A stretch of DNA of 64,000 nucleotides from Promethearchaeota archaeon (GCA_048938855.1 JBHLLT010000013.1:1-64000), one strand, 5' to 3'; positions 10,684 through 21,220 are shown, numbered from the stretch's first letter. Numbers and translations are program-made. Notes: generated from the sequence alone by a model not told the origin.

Positions 10684-11274
10684 TTGGGAGAAAAAGAAAA
10701 GACCAATATAATTGAAGAAATTGAAGCCTTCCCTTTCATTAAAGGAAAAAACATTGATCTTTGCCCTCGAAATTCAAAGCTAGCTAACACTTATGTTCGT
10801 TGGAGAAATCATCCCCGTGTTAGAAAATATGCTCGAAATGTTGTTCCTAGAACATTAGAAGACCAAACTAAAAGGTTTGAAGAAAGAAGTGAAAGGATGA
10901 GCGATCATATTTCACTAGATGTTTGGCATAAGAAAGATAAAAAACCTATTGGGGAAATAGGTTTAGGACACATAGATTGGATTAACGGTTGGGCAAATGC
11001 TTTTCTGCAAATTGGAGAACCAGATTATTGGGATAAGGATATTGGAACTGAAGCTACAGAACTGCTAGTAGAATATGCTTTCAATGAATTAAACCTTAAT
11101 AAGTTACATGGAGGCGTCGCAGTAGATAATATTGGTTCTTGGAGTGTCGCTGGAAAAATTGGATTTAAATTGGAAGGAATCAAAAAGAATGAAATGTATG
11201 TTGATGGAAAGTATGTTGATACAAAGATCTTTCAATTATTGAAGGAAGATTGGGTTAAAAAAGAGAAGAATTAA
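10684..11274 (+). CDS. RimJ/RimL-type GNAT acetyltransferase (copy 2)
   Basis: VWHKKDKKPIG, YWDKDIGTEA, AFNELNLNKL, KIGFKLEG. Confidence 0.88.
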   Translation: MGEKEKTNIIEEIEAFPFIKGKNIDLCPRNSKLANTYVRWRNHPRVRKYARNVVPRTLEDQTKRFEERSERMSDHISLDVWHKKDKKPIGEIGLGHIDWINGWANAFLQIGEPDYWDKDIGTEATELLVEYAFNELNLNKLHGGVAVDNIGSWSVAGKIGFKLEGIKKNEMYVDGKYVDTKIFQLLKEDWVKKEKN

Positions 11275-11335
11275 AATCGAGATTTTGTAATTTAAAAAAA
11301 TTTAATTAATTAAAGATATTGAATGGTAAATAAAT

Positions 11336-11905
11336 ATGAATGACAAAAAGAACGAAATTATCACACCGTTCTTAGAGGGAGAAAAAATAAATTTATGTCC
11401 CTTAAACACAGAGCACATAAGTTTATATACAAAGTGGAGCAATGATCCCGATATACGCCGATACTCAAGAAGTATAATTCCATGGAGTATCGATGAAGTA
11501 AAGAAATGGTATGAACCGGAGGGAGAAAGCGTCAAAAAGGAAATTGTTTTCGAAATATGGCATCGTAAAGATAATAAGCCTATTGGGTCTGCGGGATTTA
11601 GTTTGATTAATTGGTTTAACCGAAACGCTAACATTTTTGTGTCTATTGGAGAATCAGATTATTGGGGACAAGACATTGCTCCGGAAGTAAGTAAATTATT
11701 AATCAATTATGGATTTGAAGAGCTAAATTTCCACAAAATTTATACAAGTATATTTTCTCCAAATAAACGATCCTTACGTGTTGCAGAAAAACTTGGTTTT
11801 GAGCATGAAGGAACACTAAAAGAACAAATTTACATCGATGGAGAATTTTTTGACGAGTTTAAATTTGCCATTTTTAAGAATGAGTGGATAAAGCATGACC
11901 GATGA
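11336..11905 (+). CDS. RimJ/RimL-type GNAT acetyltransferase (copy 3)
   Basis: IWHRKDNKPIG, YWGQDIA, GFEELNFHKI, NKRSLRVAEKLGF. Confidence 0.88.
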   Translation: MNDKKNEIITPFLEGEKINLCPLNTEHISLYTKWSNDPDIRRYSRSIIPWSIDEVKKWYEPEGESVKKEIVFEIWHRKDNKPIGSAGFSLINWFNRNANIFVSIGESDYWGQDIAPEVSKLLINYGFEELNFHKIYTSIFSPNKRSLRVAEKLGFEHEGTLKEQIYIDGEFFDEFKFAIFKNEWIKHDR

Positions 11906-12473
11906 AGAAAAAAAAAAGAGTGAAGAAGTTCCAGTCTTTATTGATGGAGAGACAATATGTTTAGTTCCTCAAAATTCTGAGCATATTGATCTATATGTAA
12001 AATGGATGAATGATCCCAAAGTTCGAAAATTTGCTCGATGGGAAACACCAAGAAGAGTTGAGGATGTGAAAAAATGGTTTGAACCTCAACAAGGAAGAGT
12101 ATCCTGGTTTATTGGTTTTGAAATATGGCATAAGAAAGATAAAAAACCAATTGGTCAAGTCGGATTAGCTTGGATAGATTGGATTAATGGATGGGCAAAT
12201 GCCTTTGCTTACATTGGCGAACCCGAATATTGGGGGAAAGGAATTACAACAGAAGCTACAAATTTATTAATTGAATATGCTTTCAATGAATTAAATTTGA
12301 ATAAATTACAGGGGGGGAGTATTGTAGACAATATAGGTTCATGGAGTGTTGCTGAAAAATGTGGATTTAAATTTGAAGGAATTAGGAAACACGAATTCTA
12401 TCTTGATGGAAAATACCATGATACAAAAACTTATCATATTTCAAAAGAAGATTGGACAAAATCCAAAAAATAA
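11895..12473 (+). CDS. RimJ/RimL-type GNAT acetyltransferase (copy 4)
   Basis: IWHKKDKKPIG, YWGKGITTEA, AFNELNLNKL; overlaps the end of copy 3. Confidence 0.88.
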   Translation: MTDEEKKKSEEVPVFIDGETICLVPQNSEHIDLYVKWMNDPKVRKFARWETPRRVEDVKKWFEPQQGRVSWFIGFEIWHKKDKKPIGQVGLAWIDWINGWANAFAYIGEPEYWGKGITTEATNLLIEYAFNELNLNKLQGGSIVDNIGSWSVAEKCGFKFEGIRKHEFYLDGKYHDTKTYHISKEDWTKSKK

Positions 12474-12493
12474 ATTTATTAAAACCGAATAAT

Positions 12494-13093
12494 ATGGAAG
12501 ATAAAGATAAAAGAAACGAGAAGGAAGGGATAGAAGTCCCAACTTTTATTGAAGGAGAGACAATAAGTTTGATTCCTCATAATTCTGAGTATATCAATCT
12601 ATATGTTAAATGGTTTAATGACCCTAAAGTGCGAATATATTCTCGGAATCTTCTACCAATACGAATAGATGATGCTAAAAAATGGTTTGAAGAAAGTCAG
12701 CGAGGAGTTCCTGAATATATAGGTTTTGTAATTTGGCATAAAAAAGATAAGAAACCAATTGGTACAATAGAATTAGGAATGATAAATTGGGTTGATGGAT
12801 GGGCAAATTTAGGTGCCACGGTTGGCGAACCTGCCTATTGGAATAAAAATGTAACTACTGAAGCAGCAAATTTGGTAATTGAGTATGCTTTCAATGAATT
12901 AAATCTAAATAAACTGCAAGCTTGTGCTGCTATAGAAAATATAGGCTCTTGGAGCGTGGCTGAAAAACTTGGGTTTGAATTTGAAGGATTTGGTAAAAAC
13001 GATATGTATGTTGATGGAAAATATTTAGATGAAAAAAGATATGGGTTACTCAAGGTAGATTGGCTGAAAGCTAAAAATTTGAAAAATAAATAA
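12494..13093 (+). CDS. RimJ/RimL-type GNAT acetyltransferase (copy 5)
   Basis: Same motifs; ATG at 12494 preferred over 12452 by comparison with the paralogues. Confidence 0.85.
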   Translation: MEDKDKRNEKEGIEVPTFIEGETISLIPHNSEYINLYVKWFNDPKVRIYSRNLLPIRIDDAKKWFEESQRGVPEYIGFVIWHKKDKKPIGTIELGMINWVDGWANLGATVGEPAYWNKNVTTEAANLVIEYAFNELNLNKLQACAAIENIGSWSVAEKLGFEFEGFGKNDMYVDGKYLDEKRYGLLKVDWLKAKNLKNK

Positions 13094-13120
13094 TACCAAA
13101 TATAAAATGTGATTTGTTTA

Positions 13121-13687
13121 ATGGAAGAAAAAGAAGTGCCTGTTTTTATTGAAGGGGAAAATATAAGTTTGATTCCTCAAAACTCAGAGAATATAAAGTT
13201 ATATACAAAATGGTTGAATGATCCCAAAGTGCGAATCTATTCTCGAAATCTCTTACCAATACGAGTAGAAGATATTAAAGATTGGTTTGAACCAAGGGAG
13301 GGAAGAACCCCTGGTTTCATAGGATTTGAGATTTGGCATAAAAAAGATAAAAAGCCTATTGGTCATGCAGGTTTAGGATGGTTAGATTGGATTAACGGAT
13401 GGACAAACGTAGGTTTAACTATAGGTGAACCAGCCTACTGGAATAAAAATATAGCTACTGAAGCTACTGAATTAATTATTGAATATGCTTTCAATGAATT
13501 AAACCTAAATAAACTACATGGTGGAGTTTGTGTTAAAAATACAGCGTCATGGACAGTAGCAGAAAAATTGGGGTTTCAGTTAGAAGGAATAAGAGAAAAT
13601 GAGTGGTATGTTGATGGAGAATATCTTGGAATAAAAACCTATTTTTTATTAAAAGAAGATTGGATGAAAAGAAAAGGCGCTAAATAA
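13121..13687 (+). CDS. RimJ/RimL-type GNAT acetyltransferase (copy 6)
   Basis: Same motifs; closest to copy 5 (VRIYSRNLLPIR); ATG at 13121. Confidence 0.85.
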   Translation: MEEKEVPVFIEGENISLIPQNSENIKLYTKWLNDPKVRIYSRNLLPIRVEDIKDWFEPREGRTPGFIGFEIWHKKDKKPIGHAGLGWLDWINGWTNVGLTIGEPAYWNKNIATEATELIIEYAFNELNLNKLHGGVCVKNTASWTVAEKLGFQLEGIRENEWYVDGEYLGIKTYFLLKEDWMKRKGAK

Positions 13688-13704
13688 CTAATATTTTTTA
13701 TAAA

Positions 13705-15588
13705 CTACTCTTGTATTTGCTCTATTTCTGGTAATAGAACAATGAAATTACTCCCTTGAGTGAAATCATTTTTTATTTTATCCTCAACCCAGATTTTACC
13801 ATTAAAGGTTTTAAGAATCTTTTTTACTAGAGATAATCCTAATCCCATACCTTTTTTACCCTTTAATTCTCGATTTCCTTGTTGAAAAATAATTTGTTTT
13901 CTGTCATCAGGCACACCAATACCATTATCGATAATTTCAATTTTATGGTAGTTCTTATTCTCCATTTCAGTCTTCGATACTTTTATAGAAATAATTATAT
14001 CAGAATTTATATTGTACTTGATACTATTAAGAAGAATATTCTCAAAAACACCCTGTATAAGCTCATTTGCGTTGATAAATACATGATGTTCCTCACATTC
14101 GATATTGATTTGCATATTTTTACTGTTGTAAGTTTTTTTAACAAGATCTATAGCGTTTGTCATCAATTTGCAGATTTCTGTTGGTTTAGAATGTATTTCT
14201 TCTTTTTCAAGTTTAGAAAGCGTATGTACATCTGAAACCAATTTAGCTCCTCTCTCAACTTGTTTATTAATAATACTTTCTGCTTCCGCAATCATCTTCG
14301 ATTTTTCAGAATTATTAGAGCCGTAAGAAATTAATTCCATAGAAGAACTAATTATGTGAAGAATGTTATTTATATCATGACCAAACAATTCTTGATAAAA
14401 ATTTGCTCTATTATATGCCTCTCGATATTTATTTTCTGATTCTATTAATCTTTTTTCTGTTGCCTTACGTTCAGAAATATCCCTAGAAATAACAATCGCT
14501 TTAAAATTTCCATCCTTGTCAATATAAGTTTTACCTTTTGCCTCAATCCACACCCATTGTCCATTTTTATGTTTAAATCTTAGTTCTGCACCCCCTTCTC
14601 CTTGTTTGAATCCATCAATTAATGCATTTGCTGTGTTTGCTATATCATTTGGATGGGTGAATTCTAAAGCTGATTTTCCAATAATATCTTCTTTCGAATA
14701 CCCTAATATTTGTCGAAAAGCAGTTTCATTAATATATTCATATTTAAATTTATCATTTAATACACCAATTAAATCATATGCAGTCTCAGAGATTAGTCTA
14801 TACTTTTCTTCAGATTCTTTTAGTCTCTGCTCCATCATTTTTTTTTCTGATACATCACGAACTACACCATAGAATCTACCGTTTTCTATAAGCCTTCCTT
14901 TAGCTGAAACAAAAACGTAATGACCATCTTTGTGTAATGTTCGATATTCAACTGTTATTTCTTCCTTTGTTTCAAAACCTTTTTTCATTGCATCTACTAC
15001 TGTTGAAATATCATCAGGATGAACAAATTTATGAAACCTTTTACCAATAATTTCAGTGGGAGTAAATCCAAAAATATCAAAAAGTTGAGGGCTAACATAT
15101 GTAAATTTTCCTTTTAAATCTATTTCTAGAAGTAAATCAGGAATCTGATTTACTAAATCCCGATATTTTTCTTCGGATTCCTCTAATTTACATCGAAGAT
15201 TATATTTTTCAGTAACATCTATAAATGTCCCATCAATCCGTATAGGGAGCCCATTGATATCCTTTATTAGATGTGAATTTAATTCTACAATGATGTTCGT
15301 TCCATCTTTTTTCAGAGCATGACAAATATAATCTTTTGAAAAGCCATGTTTTAACAAATGTTCTACATACTTATCCCGATCGCTAGGATTCTGCCAGAAT
15401 TGTCTTACATCTATAGATTCTAAGCTTTCAAATGGATCATATCCTAAAATAGTATTATGAGCCCTATTATGATTCAACATTTGGCCATCTAATGTTACTG
15501 AATAGAAACCTACATCAACGATTTCAAGCAAATTACTGAAAATTGACTCATCTTCTTTAGATTTTTCAATAGATGTCAAAATGTTCAC
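13705..15588 (-). CDS. Cytoplasmic multi-PAS (3 PAS) sensor histidine kinase
   Basis: PAS/PAC repeats ending in D(I/V)(T/S)E; H-box FGHDINN; N-box ENILLNSIKY; DNGIG; GMGLGL. Confidence 0.9.
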   Translation of the reverse strand: MNILTSIEKSKEDESIFSNLLEIVDVGFYSVTLDGQMLNHNRAHNTILGYDPFESLESIDVRQFWQNPSDRDKYVEHLLKHGFSKDYICHALKKDGTNIIVELNSHLIKDINGLPIRIDGTFIDVTEKYNLRCKLEESEEKYRDLVNQIPDLLLEIDLKGKFTYVSPQLFDIFGFTPTEIIGKRFHKFVHPDDISTVVDAMKKGFETKEEITVEYRTLHKDGHYVFVSAKGRLIENGRFYGVVRDVSEKKMMEQRLKESEEKYRLISETAYDLIGVLNDKFKYEYINETAFRQILGYSKEDIIGKSALEFTHPNDIANTANALIDGFKQGEGGAELRFKHKNGQWVWIEAKGKTYIDKDGNFKAIVISRDISERKATEKRLIESENKYREAYNRANFYQELFGHDINNILHIISSSMELISYGSNNSEKSKMIAEAESIINKQVERGAKLVSDVHTLSKLEKEEIHSKPTEICKLMTNAIDLVKKTYNSKNMQINIECEEHHVFINANELIQGVFENILLNSIKYNINSDIIISIKVSKTEMENKNYHKIEIIDNGIGVPDDRKQIIFQQGNRELKGKKGMGLGLSLVKKILKTFNGKIWVEDKIKNDFTQGSNFIVLLPEIEQIQE

Positions 15589-15776
15589 CCTAGTGTCGAA
15601 CTATATCTCAAAATTTTTCCATACAGAAGTTTTCTTTAAAATTTCTATAGAAAAAAGCAAATATATTATGCAATATTTCTGATTATAATATTTGTATAAA
15701 TACATAATTAAAAAGAGAATCAAAAATTGTTATTGAACGTTCTTTCCTCAAAAACAAAAGAAAAAATTAATTGAAA

Positions 15777-18461
15777 TTAATTTGTTTCAGGTAATAGAAT
15801 TATAAATTTAGAACCTTGAGAATAATCTCCTTTTACTTTATCTTCAACCCATATTTTTCCATTGAAAATATCTATTATTTTACTTACTAAAGAAAGACCA
15901 ATTCCCATTCCTTTTGTTCCCTTCACTTCCCTATGACCCGGTTGAAAAATCATTTCCTTTCTTTGATCAATTACACCTATCCCATTATCCATGAATTCAA
16001 TTTGGATATATCCTTTTTTTTCTATGGTAACCTTAGAAATATTGATCTTAATATCTACAATGGTATTTTCATTGTATTTAGCTGCGTTAATTAAGATATT
16101 ATCAAAAACATCTTGAATAAGTTCATTACCAACTATATAATATTTCTGATTAAGATTTTCCGCAATAATAGATAGCCTTCTTTCAGGATAAGCTTTTCTA
16201 ACAAACTTAATCGACTCATTCATAAATCTTGAAATGTCTATTTTATCTAATGCAATTTGCTCTTCATCAAGTGAAGTTAATGTACGCACATCAGAAATTA
16301 ATTTTGATCCTCTGTCTATTTGGCTCTTAATCATGTTTGTAAGGTTTTCAATAAATAACGATTTTTCAGAATCTCCTAGTTGAAATGAAATAATTTCTGC
16401 TGAGGAATTTATAATTTGTAAGATATTGTTCATATCATGAGTAAAGAGATCTTTGTAAAAATTTGCCATATCATATGCCTCTTTATAATTATTTTCTGAT
16501 AACTTTAAAGCTTGTTCAGTTTTTTTACGATTCGTTATATCCAAAACGATCCCTTGAAAATGAGTAATCTTACCTTCTGAATTCCTCCTTACCCAAGTTC
16601 TATCGTCTAACCATTTTATTTCTCCTGATCTTGTTATAATCCTATATTCTTGCATAAATTCACTTGCTCCCTCACTACTATAACGGTTCACTTCTTCAAC
16701 TACTATTTTTAAATCATCCGGATGGATAACTTGGTCATACCTAACTTTTCCAGAATAAAAATCTTCCGGAGTGTATCCAAATTGCGAAATATTTTCTGAC
16801 ACAAATTCTACAGGCCATCCTTCAGAGTTTTTCCATAGAAATACAACTCCAGGACTACTATTAATAATTTTTTCTAGTTCTTTGAGTTGTTCATAGGACT
16901 CATTTAGCTTAAATGTGGCTAGTTTTTGTTCTGTAAAATCATGGATAATCGCTTGTATATAAGTCTTTCCTCGCAGATTAACAAATTCAAGATGGCTTCT
17001 TGCCCAAAATTGAGATCCATCTTTTCTATAGAGTAAAAGCTCTCTAGGTTCGGGAATTATGCCTGAGTTTACAAACTCTTGCCTTTGATCCAGTTTTGCC
17101 GATATAATATCAACATAGAAATTAAAATCTTTGAAATTATTTCCTATGAGTTCTTCTTTTGAATATCCGGTAATTTTTTCTGTTTGATTATTACAATCTA
17201 AAATGAATCCATCAGTATTGAAAAGTAAAATCGCAAATGGTGCATTATCAAATAATTTACGATATTTTTCTTCAGAATCTTTTAATTTTTGCTCAGCTTT
17301 TTTCCGTTCTGTGATATCTTGTGAAACACCTAAGATACCTATAACTTTTTTATTTTCATCACGCAAAAATGTAAATATAATTTCTACAGGGATTATATTA
17401 CCATTTTTATGAATTTGTTCTGTTTCCAATCTTCGAGAACGGTTTAAATCTTTTGATTTCTTTCTTTCAATTTTTAATTCTTCTCTAAAAACCTTTACAA
17501 CAGATTTCAAAGACTTTGGAGTTAATCTTGCTGAAATTGGAGTTGTTGATACCTCTTCAGGTGTGAAACCTAATATGGTGGAACAATTTTCACTTATAAA
17601 TGTAAAATTTAAATTTAAATCTGCAGACCATACTACCATATTTGAATTTTCCGCAAGTAAACGATATCTAGCCTCAGATTCTCTTAATTTTTTTTCAATT
17701 TCATAACTTTCAGTTTTATCAATTGTCATCACTAAATCCGCTGGAGACCCTTGATAGTCTATAGTTTTTGAGAAAATCTCAAGCCGTCTTACATCTCCGT
17801 TTTTTTTAACTATGTTAAATGAATATTGATTAATAACCTCCTCGTCACCTGCTTGCTTTTTAAATGCTTGTTCCATTACGAATTTCTTATCATCAGGATG
17901 AACTATTTTTGAAAATTCATTAGGAACCCAATTTTTCATCTCCTCTTTTGAATAACCATTGATCTCACAAACTCTTTCATTAAAATATTTAAAAACACCA
18001 TTTTGTATCACACTAATTCCCATCAACGACTGTTCAGTAATATTTCTAAATCTTTCCTCTGATTCACGTAATTTTTTCTCAATCAGTTTTCTCTCTGATA
18101 TATCTCTTCCTACAGAAACAATTAAACTATTTCCCTCTGGATCTCTAAGGAGGGTACCAGAATATTCATATGGAATTCTTCGACCATCTTTAGTAATTAA
18201 TGTCATTTCTAAAGTTGTTTTTCCACTTTCCATTATCTCTTTTGATGCGATTTCTGCTTTCCTTAAATCTTCTTCACTATAATAAGAATTAGGTGCCTTT
18301 AATGTTTGAATTTCATCATCATTATATCCTGAGATGTTTCTAAATGCAGTATTCCATACAATAGCTTTTTCTGTTTGAGGGTTGAATACAAATATTGTAT
18401 CCTCTGATGCATTGATTACACTTTCAATAAATTTTCTTTCAAAAAGTTCTGCTATAGTCAT
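15777..18461 (-). CDS. Cytoplasmic multi-PAS (5 PAS) sensor histidine kinase
   Basis: PAS repeats; FTHDMNN; NILINAAKY; DNGIG; GMGIGL; kinase core paralogous to 13705..15588. Confidence 0.9.
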   Translation of the reverse strand: MTIAELFERKFIESVINASEDTIFVFNPQTEKAIVWNTAFRNISGYNDDEIQTLKAPNSYYSEEDLRKAEIASKEIMESGKTTLEMTLITKDGRRIPYEYSGTLLRDPEGNSLIVSVGRDISERKLIEKKLRESEERFRNITEQSLMGISVIQNGVFKYFNERVCEINGYSKEEMKNWVPNEFSKIVHPDDKKFVMEQAFKKQAGDEEVINQYSFNIVKKNGDVRRLEIFSKTIDYQGSPADLVMTIDKTESYEIEKKLRESEARYRLLAENSNMVVWSADLNLNFTFISENCSTILGFTPEEVSTTPISARLTPKSLKSVVKVFREELKIERKKSKDLNRSRRLETEQIHKNGNIIPVEIIFTFLRDENKKVIGILGVSQDITERKKAEQKLKDSEEKYRKLFDNAPFAILLFNTDGFILDCNNQTEKITGYSKEELIGNNFKDFNFYVDIISAKLDQRQEFVNSGIIPEPRELLLYRKDGSQFWARSHLEFVNLRGKTYIQAIIHDFTEQKLATFKLNESYEQLKELEKIINSSPGVVFLWKNSEGWPVEFVSENISQFGYTPEDFYSGKVRYDQVIHPDDLKIVVEEVNRYSSEGASEFMQEYRIITRSGEIKWLDDRTWVRRNSEGKITHFQGIVLDITNRKKTEQALKLSENNYKEAYDMANFYKDLFTHDMNNILQIINSSAEIISFQLGDSEKSLFIENLTNMIKSQIDRGSKLISDVRTLTSLDEEQIALDKIDISRFMNESIKFVRKAYPERRLSIIAENLNQKYYIVGNELIQDVFDNILINAAKYNENTIVDIKINISKVTIEKKGYIQIEFMDNGIGVIDQRKEMIFQPGHREVKGTKGMGIGLSLVSKIIDIFNGKIWVEDKVKGDYSQGSKFIILLPETN

Positions 18462-18755
18462 TTGTTTTAAATCCCTTTTAAATGTTAAATTCTAAGAGAA
18501 TAATCACGATTTTTCTCATTTATTTCATAATGATTAATACATTATTTTAAATTTCATCTAATATTCTATAAAATTGGTGTAATTTACGTAATGATAGAAC
18601 GTATATCTAATAAAACTCGAGATTTATAAACTATCGGTATTACAAAACTACTTTTATATTAGGTAAAATTAATGAACTTTACTTTCATTTCAGATATATT
18701 AATATTTTATAAAAAAAAAATATAAAAAAAAATAAAATTAAATTTTAACGTGGAA

Positions 18756-19001
18756 TTAACCTCCACCAATAGGAGGAAAGATTGAAACTAAATCTCCCTC
18801 TTTTAACACCGTATTTAGTTCTTTATGTGGACGACCATTCACTAAAATAATTGCTCTTCTCTCATCTTTAGGTATATTATATTTGTTAAATAACAACATA
18901 ATCTTACTGTTTTCTGGAATGGTTAAGACTTCTTTTGGAGGACCATATTTGCGTAGGGCAGCAAAGAATTTAACTGTGATAGTGATAGTATTAATATTCA
19001 T
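18756..19001 (-). CDS. moaD: MoaD/ThiS-family sulfur carrier (ubiquitin-like)
   Basis: VKFFAALR...ILVNG...LKEGDLVSIFPPIGGG; lies in the aor operon. Confidence 0.88.
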   Translation of the reverse strand: MNINTITITVKFFAALRKYGPPKEVLTIPENSKIMLLFNKYNIPKDERRAIILVNGRPHKELNTVLKEGDLVSIFPPIGGG

Positions 19002-19278
19002 CTTCTTCTCGGTTAAAATACCATTTATATAATAGTGCCATATTTCGCGGAAATAACGATACTTTATCTCCGGGGTTAACCTTTTTCTTAAGTCCTGCGT
19101 ATATTCCGTTCACAAAAATATGGCTGACCTCATTATCTCCAATTTTATACTTTTTTAAAATGTCTGCTACCCAGGATATTTCTTGATCATCTATTTCTAA
19201 CTTCAACGATAAGGTGCCTGTTATTGTTGGATCCACTTTTTTCCTTAAATCCCCATAAATTTTTAGACTTATTGGCAT
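18991..19278 (-). CDS. MoaD/ThiS-like beta-grasp protein lacking the C-terminal di-Gly
   Basis: LKIYGDLR...HIFVNG...VNPGDKVSLFP, then RNMALLYKWYFNREEDEY; ATG at 19278. Confidence 0.75.
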   Translation of the reverse strand: MPISLKIYGDLRKKVDPTITGTLSLKLEIDDQEISWVADILKKYKIGDNEVSHIFVNGIYAGLKKKVNPGDKVSLFPRNMALLYKWYFNREEDEY

Positions 19279-19297
19279 TTTCCAAGTCCTAATTGGC

Positions 19298-21037
19298 TTA
19301 AAATACACTATCTAAATCACTATCTGGTACATCAAACACAGTATTATGTGGTGGAAGCTTTTCTTCCAATATGAACTCTGGGAGTCTATCATGAATAGCT
19401 GTAAACCCTGCCTTCTTATTAAATTCAAGCTCTGTATCGATAATAGATTTTCCAATTGGTCCAACATCATCAACTGTTAGATTGGTTCCCAAAACACCAT
19501 TTAGAGATTCGACAACCCCTTCTAATCCTTCGGGAATGTCAAGTACTGCAAACGCAATGAAAAGACAATATCCAGTTGCATCCACTGCAGCGGTAGCTAA
19601 TTGTAAATTACGTGAAACTTCAGTTTTTTTTGGATCCAATGGATCTAAAGTTCCTCCTACTCCTAAGATTTCTGGAGCAATGGCATAGCCTGCAGTATGA
19701 TCGGCACCCATAGGAGTTGTTGCATATGTGACTCCTATTCCTTTTATAGCTCTTGGATCATATGCGGGAAATCCTTGGCCTTTACAGGTAGGGATTCTCG
19801 TAACTCCTAAAACCTTTCCTGTTACTTCCGTTCCATTAGCTAAAATTTTACCTGTTGGAGTTTTCTTTCGAATTTCATCCATGAGTTTTAAAGCAGCTTT
19901 TCCATCGCCAAAATTAGCTAATCCCCCTTCCATTGCTACTGCGAGTGTATCTCCGGCTTCAATTGTATCACATCCCAGATCATTGCAAGCACGATTTAGC
20001 TCTCCAACATCATCTAAATTATAGATGCCACAATTTGCTCCAAGTGCCCAAACACTTTCATATTCAAGAACACCTACAGGATCTTTTCCACCGGGTTTTA
20101 CCCATATTTCTGAACACTGTATAATACAGCCGGGATTACAAAAGTGTGGTCTTGAACCGCCTCTATTTTTGATAATTTCTGCCTTTGCTTCACCAGAAAT
20201 CTGTTCAGCTCTGTCATCTTGACCTACAGAAAAGTTTCTTTGAGGTAAACCTCCAGCTTCATTAATGATATTTACTAATACAGATGTACCATACGAATTA
20301 AGAGCCCCACCTGGTTTGGTTACATCATGAGTTGTAAGTGCATCTTCTAATTTTTTTATACCTTCTATAAAAACTTCTTTATTAGCAATCTCTACTCCTG
20401 GAGCACCAGTTTCATCAATTACAATGAATTTTAAACCTTTTGAAGCCATAACAGCCCCTAAACCACCTCTTCCAGCATATCTACTAGGTAATCCCTCAGG
20501 ATCATTAAAACAAACTCCTGACATAGCCCCAAGAAGTTCTGCAGCGATTCCTACACTACATATACCTACTTTATTGCCATATTCTTTAAAGAGATCCTTA
20601 TAAACACCGTATAATCCCTTTCCTGACCATTTATTTGCATTTATGAACTCTCCACCATCCATAGTAACTTTAAGAAGATAATAATCATCTCCTTCATGTT
20701 TTCCCTCAACAATTATAGCACCTATACGCATTCTAGCTAACATTTGAGAAAAAGGAGTTCCAGCATTAGCTTCTTTTATACCTCCCGTTAAAGGAGATTT
20801 TCCTCCAACCGAAAGTCTTCCGCTCGAAGGGGCGGCAGTTCCAGTGACTATCCCTGGAGCAAATACTAACTTATTATGTGGGCCTAATGGATTACATGTT
20901 GGTGGTACTTCTTTATTGACAATAGTTGATGTCATACCACGTCCACCTAAAGCAGCATAATCAGCCGGGAGATCCTCATATTTGACTTCAAGGGTATTCA
21001 TATTAACTCTTAATATTCTTTTTGGCAAATTTTTCAC
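19298..21037 (-). CDS. aor: Tungsten-dependent aldehyde:ferredoxin oxidoreductase
   Basis: KSPLTGGIKEANAG, AGRGGLGAVMASKGLK, CNPGCIIQC, EYES, CNDLGCDTI, YDPR, GADH. Confidence 0.93.
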   Translation of the reverse strand: MKNLPKRILRVNMNTLEVKYEDLPADYAALGGRGMTSTIVNKEVPPTCNPLGPHNKLVFAPGIVTGTAAPSSGRLSVGGKSPLTGGIKEANAGTPFSQMLARMRIGAIIVEGKHEGDDYYLLKVTMDGGEFINANKWSGKGLYGVYKDLFKEYGNKVGICSVGIAAELLGAMSGVCFNDPEGLPSRYAGRGGLGAVMASKGLKFIVIDETGAPGVEIANKEVFIEGIKKLEDALTTHDVTKPGGALNSYGTSVLVNIINEAGGLPQRNFSVGQDDRAEQISGEAKAEIIKNRGGSRPHFCNPGCIIQCSEIWVKPGGKDPVGVLEYESVWALGANCGIYNLDDVGELNRACNDLGCDTIEAGDTLAVAMEGGLANFGDGKAALKLMDEIRKKTPTGKILANGTEVTGKVLGVTRIPTCKGQGFPAYDPRAIKGIGVTYATTPMGADHTAGYAIAPEILGVGGTLDPLDPKKTEVSRNLQLATAAVDATGYCLFIAFAVLDIPEGLEGVVESLNGVLGTNLTVDDVGPIGKSIIDTELEFNKKAGFTAIHDRLPEFILEEKLPPHNTVFDVPDSDLDSVF

Positions 21038-21079
21038 CTCTATTTTTTAGGCAAATAATAATAGTGTTTCTATTTTATT

Positions 21080-21093
21080 TAACGATGTCGTTA
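21080..21093. promoter_or_regulatory. Candidate operator palindrome TAACGA-TG-TCGTTA upstream of aor
   Basis: Perfect 6-2-6 inverted repeat overlapping a TTAAATAA TATA-like element on the - strand, about 45 nt upstream of the aor start. Confidence 0.35.
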
Positions 21094-21220
21094 TGTACTG
21101 GCTGAAATAACGAAGAATTAGACTTCTGGGATTTTTTACATTTAAATCTGATCTTTAAAGAAAAAAATCCTTGAAAGTAATATTTTAATAGAATAACAGT
21201 TTTATTACACCTTGAAAGGT

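Noticed and set aside
10071-13687. Recurring DNA words (TGGCATAAAAAAGATAAAAAACC, GAATATGCTTTCAATGAATTAAA) as a CRISPR or DGR repeat
   Set aside because: The roughly 600-bp period matches paralogous coding motifs; there is no spacer structure, cas gene or reverse transcriptase.
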